The notes below the pieces were generated by a model. It saw only the letters and a list, made by a program, of their open reading frames with translations. It searched no databases and was not told the DNA's origin. The position numbers and the translations under genes were made by a program. A stretch of DNA of 64,000 bases from Bacteroidota bacterium (GTDB lineage Bacteria > Bacteroidota > Bacteroidia > Bacteroidales > VadinHA17), in contig JAYEGY010000029.1 of NCBI GenBank assembly GCA_034659275.1, forward strand, positions 1,018 through 65,017, in the 5' to 3' direction. Every line of letters begins with the position of its first letter. Position 1 is the first letter of the stretch. Of this stretch, positions 52,351 through 63,827 are shown in pieces.

Positions 52351-53610
52351 TTATTTGTTAACGATGCTTCTGATATCTTTAGGGTAACAAAGATAGTACC
52401 TGACTGCACTTTTTGATAATGTCTCATGGCGAAGAATGTTCGAAACCTCTGTAACTTCCTTCAGGGACCCATCCTTCATAATTATCTTAACACTCGGAGC
52501 AGAAGGAGCATAGGTAATATTAGATATACATCCTTTATATACATAACTCGTAATATCCATTGACCTGAAATCATTTTTACCCTTCAACAGATCAATAACA
52601 GTATTCATAGCTGATTCCGGAAAGGGATTATCCGAAAGTTCAATGGCAGGCAGGCGTCGACGTAAAAATGCCCGTGACATGTCTGCCAGTATTTTATCCG
52701 GGTTATTTGTCCACTGCCTCACCGAAGCAATAAGCTCGCAGTCATCCAGCTTGAAGAACATCCCCGCAAACTCTTTATTCTTTCCTTCCAGTAAGTCAAG
52801 CCTGTCGATTTTTGTCCTGAGAAAATAGTCAACGGAGGAGGATGATTTTACCTGTTCATTATTGAAAATCAAATATCTTGCCCTCCGGATTAGTCTTTTC
52901 AACATCTGATCAGCAGCCAGAACCGTTTTATGCATATATACCTGCCAGTACATAAAGCGCCGGGCTATCAGAAACTTTTCTATTGAATAAATGCCCTTTT
53001 CCTCTACTACCAACCTGTTATCAACGGTGTTCAACATACTTATTATCCTGTCAGAGCCAACTGAACCTTCAATAACGCCGGTATAAAAGCTGTCCCTCAA
53101 TAGGTAATCCAGCCTATCCATGTCTATCTGGCTGGATATAAGATCATTAAAGAATTTTCTTTGATATTTGCCACTATACATTTCAATGGCTGTATCCATC
53201 CTGCCATCATATTTTTTATTAAGAATGTTCATTATTATCAATGATACATCCTCATGGCTTATTTTCCCCGATATATTAAATTCAAGTGAATGCGAGAAGG
53301 GGCCATGCCCGAGATCGTGACACAAAATTGCCACAAGGGCGGCCTCGAATTCCTCATCATTAATCTCTATTCCTTTTTTACGAAGTGTTATGAGAGCCTG
53401 GCTCATGAGGTGCAGGGCACCAAGGCTATGAAGGAACCTGCTATGCGTTGCTCCCGGGTAAACCATATCGGTAAGGCCGAGTTGTTTAATAAATCTCAGT
53501 CTCTGGAACCAGGGATCTTCTAAAAGATCAAATATGAATTCGGAAGGAATTTTAATAAACCCGTGTACAGGATCGTTTAATATCTTAAGTTTATTTATTT
53601 CTGGATCCAA
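52351..53610 (-). CDS. HD-domain phosphohydrolase (dNTPase-like)
   Basis: NDPVHG, FQRLR.IKQLG, HSRFLH, HDLGHGPFSH, DMDRLDYL. Confidence 0.92.
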   Translation of the reverse strand: MDPEINKLKILNDPVHGFIKIPSEFIFDLLEDPWFQRLRFIKQLGLTDMVYPGATHSRFLHSLGALHLMSQALITLRKKGIEINDEEFEAALVAILCHDLGHGPFSHSLEFNISGKISHEDVSLIIMNILNKKYDGRMDTAIEMYSGKYQRKFFNDLISSQIDMDRLDYLLRDSFYTGVIEGSVGSDRIISMLNTVDNRLVVEEKGIYSIEKFLIARRFMYWQVYMHKTVLAADQMLKRLIRRARYLIFNNEQVKSSSSVDYFLRTKIDRLDLLEGKNKEFAGMFFKLDDCELIASVRQWTNNPDKILADMSRAFLRRRLPAIELSDNPFPESAMNTVIDLLKGKNDFRSMDITSYVYKGCISNITYAPSAPSVKIIMKDGSLKEVTEVSNILRHETLSKSAVRYYLCYPKDIRSIVNK

Positions 53611-53808
53611 TGTTAATTTTTTTTGTTCTACAAAATTAGAAATTACTTTTACACGGCTGCAGGATATTTAAAATCATTACGGTAATGTTAAACATTATTA
53701 AAAACATAAAATTTAAAAAAATATTACCAGCTATTTGAAATATTTATTGTCTTTAAAGAGTCCAATAGATTATATATAAAACTTTCATATCAATAAAAAT
53801 ACCAGTAG

Positions 53809-54705
53809 ATGAAGATCGAGATAAAGGGCCTCAATGTAATATATCAAAATGGTAATCATGCCGTTAAGAATATTACACTTGGCATTGAAGAGGGGATGTT
53901 CGGCCTCTTGGGTCCGAACGGAGCCGGTAAATCAAGTCTGATGAAGGTGCTCGCTGCCCTTATGAAACCCAGTTCGGGTGAGGTGTTGGTCAATGGTGAA
54001 AGCATACAAAAACAAAGGAAGAAGCTCCGCTCCTACCTTGGCTATCTGCCCCAGGATTTTCGCTTCTTCACACGCTTAAAGACATGGGAGTTCCTGGATT
54101 ATGCAGGATCACTGGCAGGTATTAAAAACAGGAAGGAAAGGTTGCTTATTGTGGATGAACTGCTCGACAGGGTTGGTTTGCTGGAGGCCAGGGACAGGAA
54201 GGCAAATAAATTATCAGGTGGTATGAAAAGGCGCCTTGGAATAGCACAGGCACTTATTGGTGATCCCAGGATCATTGTAGTTGATGAGCCAACAACAGGT
54301 CTTGATCCTGATGAAAGAATACGTTTCAGGAATATATTGTCAGACCTCAGCCAGCATGATGTGACAATTATTCTGTCAACTCATATAGTAGGCGATATTT
54401 CATCCACATGCCAGAGCATGGCCTTGCTAAACGAGGGGCAGATGGTTTATTCTGGTTCTCCTGATGATCTCATAAAAGAGGCCCAGGGTCATGTTTTCAA
54501 CCTTAAGCTAACACAGGAAGAATATGACCGTGTGAAAGATGAATTCCATGTGATATCATCACTACCCAGCGAGATTGGCTGGGATGCACAGGTGGTGGCT
54601 GAAGATGTTCCTGCTTTCGACAACCAGCCCATTGAACCAAACCTTGAACATGCATATGTGTATTATATGGAACATAAAATTAATGGGGCATTCGTAAATA
54701 TTTAA
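53809..54705 (+). CDS. ABC transporter ATP-binding protein
   Basis: GPNGAGKS, LSGGMKRR, VDEPT. Confidence 0.94.
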   Translation: MKIEIKGLNVIYQNGNHAVKNITLGIEEGMFGLLGPNGAGKSSLMKVLAALMKPSSGEVLVNGESIQKQRKKLRSYLGYLPQDFRFFTRLKTWEFLDYAGSLAGIKNRKERLLIVDELLDRVGLLEARDRKANKLSGGMKRRLGIAQALIGDPRIIVVDEPTTGLDPDERIRFRNILSDLSQHDVTIILSTHIVGDISSTCQSMALLNEGQMVYSGSPDDLIKEAQGHVFNLKLTQEEYDRVKDEFHVISSLPSEIGWDAQVVAEDVPAFDNQPIEPNLEHAYVYYMEHKINGAFVNI

Positions 54706-54715
54706 GCTGAATAAA

Positions 54716-57700
54716 ATGATCTCATTACATAATATCAGGACCGTTGCCCATTATGAAGCAAAAACACTACGTCGCAGCTGGCTGTTCAGGCTATTCTCAA
54801 TAGGAGCACTATTCATTCTTACAATAATGAATATCGCGCTTTTCAGTCCCGTGGGAGACGAAGAATGGGAATTTTTGGCCATACCCTCATCGATGCCTCT
54901 TTTAAACCTGTACATCCTGAATATTGCACAGTCATTAATAGTCATCTTTCTTGCTTCCGATTTTCTTAAAAGGGATAAAAAACTGGATACCAACGAGGTG
55001 CTTTACACAAGACCTATGTCAAACCTGGAATATATCTTCGGCAAATCACTGGGCATAATGAGGCTTTTCCTGGGTGTAAACATTCTTATCCTGGCTATAT
55101 GCCTTATTATTAATATAATAACACAACAGGCAAGCATTAACGCAGCTGCATATTTTGAATACCTTCTGATTATCAGCATATCCACACTTATTTTCAGCCT
55201 GGGATTTGCTTATATACTTATGTCAATTATCAGGAACCAGGCAATTACTTTTCTTCTATTACTGGGATTTGCAGCACTGAACATGTTTTATCTCTTTAAC
55301 AGGATGAACTCATTTTTTGATTATATGCTCTTTGGATTTCCTGTTTTCAAGAGTGGCATGACCGGCTTCAGCAATATTGATATCATATTATCCCAGAGAA
55401 TTATGTATACATCCCTGGGTTTGGTTTTTATCTTTGTTACTATATTGATTTTTAAACGACTGCCTCAATCAAAAATACACAGATCAATCAGCGTCATTTC
55501 TCTTATAGGTTTTTTTGCCCTTGCGTCCTATTCAGCCTATTATTTCCTGGATAATTATTACAACACCCGAAAGCTGAAGAATACCGTTCTTGAAACCAAC
55601 AGGAAATATGAGGATTCTAATTTCTTAAAGGTCACCGATGCGGATATTGAAATTGAGTATACCGGCGGCAATATTATTGCCAGTGCAGAATTGAATTGCC
55701 TTAACAGTCATGATAATAATGTCAGTGAAGTGCCTTTTTCACTAAATCCCGGCTTATCAGTAAAAGAGATACTTGTAAACGATTCGTTAACTCCTTTCAG
55801 ATCTGATGGCCATATTATACTGGTTGATCTTGATAAGGGCCTTCTTCCTGATTCTACCGTAAGCATAAGTATCAGTTATGAAGGTATAATTAAAGAAGCC
55901 TTTTGTTATCCCTGGCATAAGGAAGATATAAAAGAAAATCCTTTCCTTATAGGTCCGCTCAGGCTTGATAAAAAGCAGGTCATACAAAAAGATGATTTCC
56001 TCTTACTCACTCCTGAAACCCACTGGTACCCGGTTGCAGGCCTTAATTTCTACCCGGACAGCCCGGCTAAGATATTGATTGATTTCACAAACTATAAACT
56101 CAAGGTTAAACGCAATAATGGACTTGTGGCCATTTCGCAGGGCAAGAGGACATCTGATGACAGATACTGGTATTTTGAAAATGAGAATCCCTTAACCGGG
56201 ATCAGTCTTGTTGAAGGCTATTACACAAGTGATACCATCAGTGTTGATTCAACTGATTTTATTGCTCATTATTACAGTGGCCACGATTATTTCAGAAATG
56301 ATCTCAATGAACTGGGCGATACACTGGGAAACTTAATCTCGGGTGTGATGACTGAACTTGAAACCACTTTCAGCACTGAATACCCCTTTGAAAGATTAAA
56401 CCTTGTTGAAGTTCCTGTGTATTTCTACTCAATTGAGAAGAAGAATACCCAGACAAGAGCTGAAGTACAGCCTTCAATGATCCTTCTACCCGAAAAATTG
56501 GCATCAATAAATGAAGCCGGGTTTTACCGGACCATTAAACGACAAAAAAGAAGAATGGAAAGGAGCAACGAGGTAATAACTGATAAAGAACTTCAGGTCA
56601 GGGCATTTAACAATTTTATCAGAACTACCTTCATTACCAGCTCTGATTTTCGCTTTAACAGTGGAAATACTACTATGGTACCCGGAAGATATTTAATGGG
56701 ACCCAGTTTCTATTTCTATAAGAATAATTTCTTTTCCGACAGGTATCCTGTAATGAATGCTGTGTTTGAAACCCACCTACAGAAAATTGAAACTCCCCAG
56801 GGAGGATTCCAGAGGAGGTTCCTTGGAGGGATGAGCGAAAATGACAGGGCAAACACCATCCTCAGGGATAAAAGTATGGCTGAAATACTGGCCTTAAATC
56901 CCTCTAACGATACCACCCGTGCAATACTTACCCTGAAGGGTGATTACCTTTTTAATCTAATGCGTGCCGAAGCGGGTATTGAAGAATTTAATACCTGGTT
57001 TTCTGATTACCTGGAAGAAAACAAATTCAGGAATATCAGCATAAATAAGTTCAACAATAACCTTTATGAAAGATTCGAGTTTAATCTTAAGCCCTATCTT
57101 GACCAGTGGTATAATGGCAAAGAGCAGCCGGGTTTTCTTTTCTCTGATATAGAGGTTTACGAGGTGGTTGTCGGTACCCGTACAAGATACAAGGTAAGCT
57201 TTACCGCATCCAATCCGGAAGAAACAGCAGGTATATTTAATGTAGGCTTTCGTACGGGCGGACGCGGCCCCGGTGGAGGACGTGGTATGCAAGGTAATGT
57301 CTCCATATCCATAAGCCCGGGAGGGAGGGGCAATATTTCCATAGGCATGGCCGGAAGGGGTTTGCAAACCAATGATGTTGAAAAAATCGTGAAGCTGGAA
57401 GCAGGGCAGGCGAAAAGGGTAAGTGTCATTCTTGATGCAGAGCCAAGAGGGATGTTTGTAAACACACTCTTTTCAATCAATAACCCGGGTGAACTACAAT
57501 TCCCCCTGATAGACCTTATGAAAGGTAAAACTAACGACAATACTGAAGGAGAAGAAGTGCTTGACAGGATACCCCTTTTACATGAGGAAAATGAAATAAT
57601 TGTTGATAATGAAGACCCGGGATTCAGGATCTACCAGGAAACATCAACGGGAAGGTTGAAGAAATGGCTGAATATAAGAGGGGATGATGGTAATAACTAC

Positions 57701-58141
57701 AGGGAAATGTTTATATGGTGGGCCCCAGAATACTGGCAGAAGACGGTACAGAGCAACTACTACGGGAAATATGTGAAATCAGCTGTATACACCCGTGCCG
57801 GGAGCGGCGAAAGGCATATTAGCTGGACAGCTGAAATAGATGAACCGGGATATTATGATATATATACTTATATCGGTAAACGGGGAGGCCAGAGAATGAT
57901 GATCGGTCGTGGTGGAAGCAGGAATGCGATGCAGGACCTGCATTTCAGCGTTGAGCATGATGATGGCAGCGAGGAAATGATTGTAGATTGGGAAAATGCA
58001 GAAAACGGGTGGAACTACCTCGGATCCTATTACCTTTCTCCCGATACCGCAAGGGTGATAATGACAAACCAGTCAGAGGGAAGAACGGTGACCGGTGATG
58101 CAATAAAATGGGTAAAACAAAATATCTATAATAACAGATGA
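54716..58141 (+). CDS. Large ABC-2-type permease fused to an M1-aminopeptidase-like ectodomain and a golvesin/xanthan-lyase-like C-terminal domain
   Basis: About 7 N-terminal TMs; beta-rich ectodomain; IIVDNED..GF, GWNYLGSY, GDAIKW C-terminal motifs; no HExxH found. Confidence 0.75.
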   Translation: MISLHNIRTVAHYEAKTLRRSWLFRLFSIGALFILTIMNIALFSPVGDEEWEFLAIPSSMPLLNLYILNIAQSLIVIFLASDFLKRDKKLDTNEVLYTRPMSNLEYIFGKSLGIMRLFLGVNILILAICLIINIITQQASINAAAYFEYLLIISISTLIFSLGFAYILMSIIRNQAITFLLLLGFAALNMFYLFNRMNSFFDYMLFGFPVFKSGMTGFSNIDIILSQRIMYTSLGLVFIFVTILIFKRLPQSKIHRSISVISLIGFFALASYSAYYFLDNYYNTRKLKNTVLETNRKYEDSNFLKVTDADIEIEYTGGNIIASAELNCLNSHDNNVSEVPFSLNPGLSVKEILVNDSLTPFRSDGHIILVDLDKGLLPDSTVSISISYEGIIKEAFCYPWHKEDIKENPFLIGPLRLDKKQVIQKDDFLLLTPETHWYPVAGLNFYPDSPAKILIDFTNYKLKVKRNNGLVAISQGKRTSDDRYWYFENENPLTGISLVEGYYTSDTISVDSTDFIAHYYSGHDYFRNDLNELGDTLGNLISGVMTELETTFSTEYPFERLNLVEVPVYFYSIEKKNTQTRAEVQPSMILLPEKLASINEAGFYRTIKRQKRRMERSNEVITDKELQVRAFNNFIRTTFITSSDFRFNSGNTTMVPGRYLMGPSFYFYKNNFFSDRYPVMNAVFETHLQKIETPQGGFQRRFLGGMSENDRANTILRDKSMAEILALNPSNDTTRAILTLKGDYLFNLMRAEAGIEEFNTWFSDYLEENKFRNISINKFNNNLYERFEFNLKPYLDQWYNGKEQPGFLFSDIEVYEVVVGTRTRYKVSFTASNPEETAGIFNVGFRTGGRGPGGGRGMQGNVSISISPGGRGNISIGMAGRGLQTNDVEKIVKLEAGQAKRVSVILDAEPRGMFVNTLFSINNPGELQFPLIDLMKGKTNDNTEGEEVLDRIPLLHEENEIIVDNEDPGFRIYQETSTGRLKKWLNIRGDDGNNYREMFIWWAPEYWQKTVQSNYYGKYVKSAVYTRAGSGERHISWTAEIDEPGYYDIYTYIGKRGGQRMMIGRGGSRNAMQDLHFSVEHDDGSEEMIVDWENAENGWNYLGSYYLSPDTARVIMTNQSEGRTVTGDAIKWVKQNIYNNR

Positions 58142-59604
58142 AGAAGTTAATATTATTATTATCAGTAGTTCTTAATATTGGTTTTAATGCAACAGGGCAG
58201 CAGGGACTGACCCTTGAAAGGGCAATGGATATTGCTGAAGAAAACAGCCCGTCCATAAAGAGAACCAGGCTGAACCTGGTGAGAAACAGGGAAAACCTGA
58301 ACGCCCAGAGAGCAGCTCTTAAGTCTAAGTTCTCTCTCTCAATCAACCCGTTCGAATATAGCCATAACAGGGAATTCAACGATCTTGTCTCACAATGGAA
58401 TACCCGTAAAACGACCGCCACCTTCGGTACTTTCAGAATATCGCAGCCTATTGTGGCCACTGATGCTACAATATCATTAACTAACAGATTCTCGTGGCAA
58501 GATTCCTACAGCGAATATAATGATACACGTACCACAGGATTCAGTAACAACCTGTCCCTTAATATTAACCAGCCTTTATTCACATATAACAGGACAAAAA
58601 TACAAATAAGGGAACTGGAACTGGCCCTCGAAAATTCACAGCTTAATTATGCTATACAGAGGCTGTCACTAGAGAGACAGGTGGCACAGTATTTTTACCT
58701 GGTATACCAGCAGCAACAAAGTCTTGTAATAGCTGAAGAAGCCTATGAGAATATGAAGAAAAGCTATGATATAATAAGAAATAAGGTAGATGCAGGCTTA
58801 TCAGCCCGCGAGGAATTATTCCAGGCTGAGCTTAACCTGGCTACATCAAGTTCAGACGTCGATAACCAGAAGGTCAGCCTTGCAGATGCCAAGGATGATT
58901 TCAAACTCCTCATCGGTATGAGCCTCTATGACGATATCGTTGTAATACCTGATATTTCTGTTGATACAGTTGACGTTGATGTTGCATTTGCCATTGACCA
59001 TGGTCTGGCAAACAGGATGGAACTCAGGCAAAGGGAAATCGATATTGAAAACTCTGAATTCTCACTTATTCAAACTAAAGCCCTCAATGAGTTTTATGGT
59101 GCCCTCAACCTCTCCGTAGGGCTGTTTGGTGATAATGAAAAACTGGGCAATATATATGAAACCCCAACCGATAACCAGCAGATCTCATTATCTTTTTCAA
59201 TACCCCTCTGGGACTGGGGCGAGCGTCAATCCCGGATCAAGGCATCCGAGGCATCCATCGAATCACAGATGATAAGTTACGAACAGGAAGAAAATGATAT
59301 CATAATAAATATAAGAAAGGTATACAGGAATCTGACCAACCTGAAAAACCAGATTGAAATAGCAAGACAGAATGTTAAGAATGCACAGCTTACATATGAG
59401 CTAAACCTGGAAAAATATGAAAATGGTGATCTTACAGGCATGGACCTCAACATCTACCAGAACCAGTTATCAGAAAAACAACTGTCACTAACCAACGCAA
59501 TCATATCATATAAACTGGAATTACTGAACCTCAAGATACAAACATTGTATGATTTTGAGAATCAGGAAGCTGTAACCCCAATAAAGACACTTGATCAGGA
59601 ATAA
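58138..59604 (+). CDS. TolC family outer membrane protein
   Basis: Signal peptide, LTLERAMDIAEENS, INQPLF and IPLWDWG strands, coiled coils. Confidence 0.88.
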   Translation: MKKLILLLSVVLNIGFNATGQQGLTLERAMDIAEENSPSIKRTRLNLVRNRENLNAQRAALKSKFSLSINPFEYSHNREFNDLVSQWNTRKTTATFGTFRISQPIVATDATISLTNRFSWQDSYSEYNDTRTTGFSNNLSLNINQPLFTYNRTKIQIRELELALENSQLNYAIQRLSLERQVAQYFYLVYQQQQSLVIAEEAYENMKKSYDIIRNKVDAGLSAREELFQAELNLATSSSDVDNQKVSLADAKDDFKLLIGMSLYDDIVVIPDISVDTVDVDVAFAIDHGLANRMELRQREIDIENSEFSLIQTKALNEFYGALNLSVGLFGDNEKLGNIYETPTDNQQISLSFSIPLWDWGERQSRIKASEASIESQMISYEQEENDIIINIRKVYRNLTNLKNQIEIARQNVKNAQLTYELNLEKYENGDLTGMDLNIYQNQLSEKQLSLTNAIISYKLELLNLKIQTLYDFENQEAVTPIKTLDQE

Positions 59605-59625
59605 ATAACATAATAATATCTTGTC

Positions 59626-60678
59626 ATGAAAAGCAAATTAATTTATCTGGCATCATTGCTACTGTTTCTAGCAGGATGTGGAAACCGGGATACCGGTCTT
59701 GAAGCTGATGTCGAAATACCCGTTTCAGTAGAAGATATAAAACTTCAATCTATTGAGGAATTCGTGAGCACAACGGGGACTGTTTACCCCGTGGTTGATA
59801 TTGAACTGGAGTCAGAGATAGCCGCCAGGTACTACCTTGAAAAGAATCCTTCAACAGGCAGGCAGTGGCAACTTGGTGACAGGGTCAGAAAAGGATCACT
59901 GATTGCCAGGCTTGAAGATGAGGAATACAAAAACAACGTAAAACTTGAATTATACGAACTCAACCTGGAGCTGGCCAAAAGCAACCTGGAAAAGCAGGAG
60001 TCACTGTACGAGAAAGGTGGCGTAACACTTAATGAGCTCAAACAGGCCGGCTATGATTATACTAATGCCCAGATAAACTTAGAAAATGCCCGCATACAGA
60101 TGGAAAAAATGAAAATAACGTCACTTTTCGATGGCGTAATTACTAAGTTGCCCCATTATACACAGGGCTCCGAAATAAAATCCGGAACATTGATTGCAGG
60201 CATAATGAACTACAGATCCATGATACTGAAAGTTAATCTCCCCGAGAAATATATTAACACCATCAGTACCGGTAAAGATGTCAGAATCACAAACTATGCA
60301 CTGCCGGAAGATACTCTAAATGGTAAGATCACACAGCTCTCACCTGCAATAAATCCGGATACAAGGACTTTCCAGGGTACCATTGAAATAAACAATCCTG
60401 AACTGAAATTGCGACCTGGAATGTTCGTAAAAGCAAATATAATAACAGCCAGGGCTGACTCGGTCATCGTGATACCAAAAGACATTATACTGTCGAGGCA
60501 GAGGGGATTGACAGTGTTCGTAGTAAACAGGGGTGTGGCAAATGAAAGACTGATCGCTACAGGTTTGGAGAATAATGAAGAGGCTCAAGTAGTAAGAGGT
60601 CTGAGTACAAATGAAAGAATTGTTACCGATGGCTTTGAAACCCTCAGCCATAATGCAAAGGTCAAAATACTGAAATAA
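59626..60678 (+). CDS. RND periplasmic adaptor (MFP) lipoprotein
   Basis: LAGC lipobox, PAINPDTRTF, LRPGMF. Confidence 0.9.
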   Translation: MKSKLIYLASLLLFLAGCGNRDTGLEADVEIPVSVEDIKLQSIEEFVSTTGTVYPVVDIELESEIAARYYLEKNPSTGRQWQLGDRVRKGSLIARLEDEEYKNNVKLELYELNLELAKSNLEKQESLYEKGGVTLNELKQAGYDYTNAQINLENARIQMEKMKITSLFDGVITKLPHYTQGSEIKSGTLIAGIMNYRSMILKVNLPEKYINTISTGKDVRITNYALPEDTLNGKITQLSPAINPDTRTFQGTIEINNPELKLRPGMFVKANIITARADSVIVIPKDIILSRQRGLTVFVVNRGVANERLIATGLENNEEAQVVRGLSTNERIVTDGFETLSHNAKVKILK

Positions 60679-60689
60679 GCATTTCCAAA

Positions 60690-63600
60690 ATGAAAAAAAT
60701 AGCCCGATTTGCAGTTGAAAATCCGGTAACAGTGCTTATGCTGGTGCTCGGTATCATACTGCTTGGAATAATCTCATTTGGTAAACTCGGGACAGATCTT
60801 TTCCCTGATCTGAATAACCCCAAAATATATATTGAACTGCAGGCCGGTGAACGTCCGCCTGAAGAAATGGAGCAACAGTACGTTGATCAGGTTGAATCAA
60901 TAGCAATGAGACAGAAGGATGCAATTAATGTGTCGTCTGTTTCAATGGTTGGTACCGCCCAGGTAGTAGTAGTATATGCATGGAATAAAGATATGGATGA
61001 AGCCTTTCTTGATCTTCAGAAAGATATCAGTTCATTCAGCCAGAACGCCGACCTTGATGAATTCAATATAACTCAATATAATCCAAATGCCACCCCCGTA
61101 ATGATACTTGCCCTGAAGCATGACAGGATAAGTGACATGGACGAGCTGAGGCAGACAGCAGAAAATTATATCCGCAATGAGCTGATAAGGCTTGAGGGTA
61201 TTGCAGACATTCAACTATCAGGACATGAAGAAAGTGAAGTGGTAATTGAAACAAATAAATATTTGCTTGAGGCTTATGATGTCTCCACCGGCGACATTGC
61301 CCAGCAGATAAACAGTTATAACCGTAATGTTTCGGGAGGCTCAATAACCGATCTGGGTATAAGGTATGTAGTAAAAGGAGTAAGTGTAATAGAGGAAGTT
61401 GACGACCTGAAACATATAATTCTTGGCTTCAAGGAGATAGCTCAAGGCTCCCAGGCAGGGAGTTCGGTAGAAACCCTTGATGCTGCAGAAAGAGTGCCCG
61501 TTTATCTTAGCGATGTTGCAGATGTTTATGTCGCAAATAAAGATCCTGAAAACATTGTGACTGTAAACGGTGAAAGATGTGTAGGCATATCTGTTTATAA
61601 AGAACCACGGTATAATACCGTAACTGCAGTGGAAGAACTTACAGAAGCAATTGAAGAAATTAAAAAAGCCCTTCCCGGCTACGAGTTCATAAAAGTACAG
61701 GACCAGGGACAGTTTATTGATAAGGCCATTAATGAAGTTGAGGAAACAGCTCTTTTTGGTATAATACTGGCTGTTTTCGTCCTCTTCATATTCCTGCGGC
61801 GCATAGGCACTACACTGGTTATTAGCATTGCGATACCCATATCGATAATAGCGACATTCAACCTAATGTATTTTAATCACCTCACAATCAACATAATGAC
61901 GCTTGGAGGTCTTGCACTCGGAGCCGGTATGCTGGTTGATAATGCTATAGTAGTGCTGGAAAATATTTTCCGTAATTATGAAACGGGTATGTCGCTTAAA
62001 GAAGCAGCCATAAAGGGTACAGCACAGGTGGGAGGTGCAATAACAGCTTCAACCATAACAACAATAATAGTCTTTCTGCCTATAGTATACCTCCAGGGAG
62101 CTTCGGGGGAACTCTTTAAAGACCAGGCATGGACGGTGGCTTTTTCTTTATTATCTTCCCTCTTTGTGGCTATACTTGTTATACCCCTTTTGGTGACAAG
62201 CTTTTTTAAGGATAAAAGATCCAAAAAGAAGGAAAAATCGGTCAGCTTCAGGTGGTACTCTGGATGGCTCGAAAAAATAACTGCAAGAAGAGGACTGGTA
62301 ATCGTTCTTTCTGTAACCATGCTGGCAGCTACAGCATACATCCTTCCAAAAGTGGGTAGCGAGTTCATGCCGGGAGCCGAATCATCAGAATTTACCCTTG
62401 AGCTGAAATTACAGGAGGGAACAAGCCTGGAAAGAACAGCCGAAACAAGCCGTAAAATTGAAAACATGATAAAAACACTCCTGGGTGACAAGGTGAAAAT
62501 GCTGTACAGCCATTCGGGGATGACAACAACAACAGGTACGGGAAAATCAGATCTTTTCAGGGATGAGAATACTTCCTCGATACGAGTATTCCTTACTGAT
62601 GAATATGCAATGTACTCTGATAATGCAATTACACTGATTCAAAAAGAACTTAATTCATTGAAAGATATTGAGTTTAGTTTCAAAAGAGAAGAGACAGCCC
62701 TTCAAACAATACTGGGCACGGATGAAGCCCCACTTGTAGTTGAAGTCAGAGGTGAAGACCTTGATGTGATTGAGAAATTGACAAACGAAGTGAAGATCAG
62801 GCTTGGTGATTCGGATAATATTTACAATATCACCAGCTCACTTGACGAAGGCACACCGGAGGTTGATATTGTGATCGACAGGTATAAAGCCAGTTATTAC
62901 AGTGTCAGTGTTGAAAGTATAATTTCACAGGTACAGTCTTACCTCACAGGTTCCCGGGCAGGTGATTTTGAACAGGAGGGTGAGCTGAAGGATATTACTG
63001 TTAAACTGGAAGAATTACCACTGAACAGCCTGCAAAACCTGCTGATAAACGCGGGTTCGGTCTCTGTTCCCCTCAGTGAACTGGCTGAAATAAAAAAGGT
63101 GAGGGCACCCAGTGAGATAAACAGGAATAACCAGGTAAGAACGAGTTATGTATATGCCATGGTAGACGAAAATATTGCCTTTGATCAGATAGTTAAACAG
63201 GCAGAAAAAAACCTGGCCGGGATGAGCCTGCCAGTTGACTACCGTACCGTTATAACTGGAGTGGAACTGAAACGCAAAGAGTCAATGGAAAACCTGACCT
63301 TTGCACTGATACTGTCAATTATTCTTGTGTATATGGTTCTTGCCTCACAATTTGAGTCACTGGTCCATCCTTTTGTTATTTTACTAACCATCCCTCTGGC
63401 AGCTGTGGGATCAGTGTGGATATTCTTCCTGCTCGGCAAAACACTTAATATAATGGCCTACATAGGTATAATAATGCTGGCAGGCATTGCCGTGAATGAT
63501 TCGATCATACTCATCGACAGGATCAATCAACTCAGATCGGATGGATTGAACAGGCGCCAGGCAATAATTGAAGCAGGAGCACAGAGGATAAGACCCATCA

Positions 63601-63821
63601 TAATGACCAGCCTCACAACAATACTGGCATTGTTGCCACTGACATTCGGCTTTGGAGAAAGTGCCTCCCTGAGGTCGCCAATGGCCCTGGCAGTGATCGG
63701 GGGCCTGGTAACATCAACAATACTGACATTGGTTGTTATACCATGTGTATACTGGGTACTTGATGCGCTGAAAGAACGGATAACAATCAGGAAGAATACC
63801 GTAATTCCTCAAGTTGAGTAA
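60690..63821 (+). CDS. RND permease (AcrB/CzcA family)
   Basis: GMLVDNAIVVLENI, RIRPIIMT; two TM bundles. Confidence 0.93.
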   Translation: MKKIARFAVENPVTVLMLVLGIILLGIISFGKLGTDLFPDLNNPKIYIELQAGERPPEEMEQQYVDQVESIAMRQKDAINVSSVSMVGTAQVVVVYAWNKDMDEAFLDLQKDISSFSQNADLDEFNITQYNPNATPVMILALKHDRISDMDELRQTAENYIRNELIRLEGIADIQLSGHEESEVVIETNKYLLEAYDVSTGDIAQQINSYNRNVSGGSITDLGIRYVVKGVSVIEEVDDLKHIILGFKEIAQGSQAGSSVETLDAAERVPVYLSDVADVYVANKDPENIVTVNGERCVGISVYKEPRYNTVTAVEELTEAIEEIKKALPGYEFIKVQDQGQFIDKAINEVEETALFGIILAVFVLFIFLRRIGTTLVISIAIPISIIATFNLMYFNHLTINIMTLGGLALGAGMLVDNAIVVLENIFRNYETGMSLKEAAIKGTAQVGGAITASTITTIIVFLPIVYLQGASGELFKDQAWTVAFSLLSSLFVAILVIPLLVTSFFKDKRSKKKEKSVSFRWYSGWLEKITARRGLVIVLSVTMLAATAYILPKVGSEFMPGAESSEFTLELKLQEGTSLERTAETSRKIENMIKTLLGDKVKMLYSHSGMTTTTGTGKSDLFRDENTSSIRVFLTDEYAMYSDNAITLIQKELNSLKDIEFSFKREETALQTILGTDEAPLVVEVRGEDLDVIEKLTNEVKIRLGDSDNIYNITSSLDEGTPEVDIVIDRYKASYYSVSVESIISQVQSYLTGSRAGDFEQEGELKDITVKLEELPLNSLQNLLINAGSVSVPLSELAEIKKVRAPSEINRNNQVRTSYVYAMVDENIAFDQIVKQAEKNLAGMSLPVDYRTVITGVELKRKESMENLTFALILSIILVYMVLASQFESLVHPFVILLTIPLAAVGSVWIFFLLGKTLNIMAYIGIIMLAGIAVNDSIILIDRINQLRSDGLNRRQAIIEAGAQRIRPIIMTSLTTILALLPLTFGFGESASLRSPMALAVIGGLVTSTILTLVVIPCVYWVLDALKERITIRKNTVIPQVE

Positions 63822-63827
63822 ACTGTT

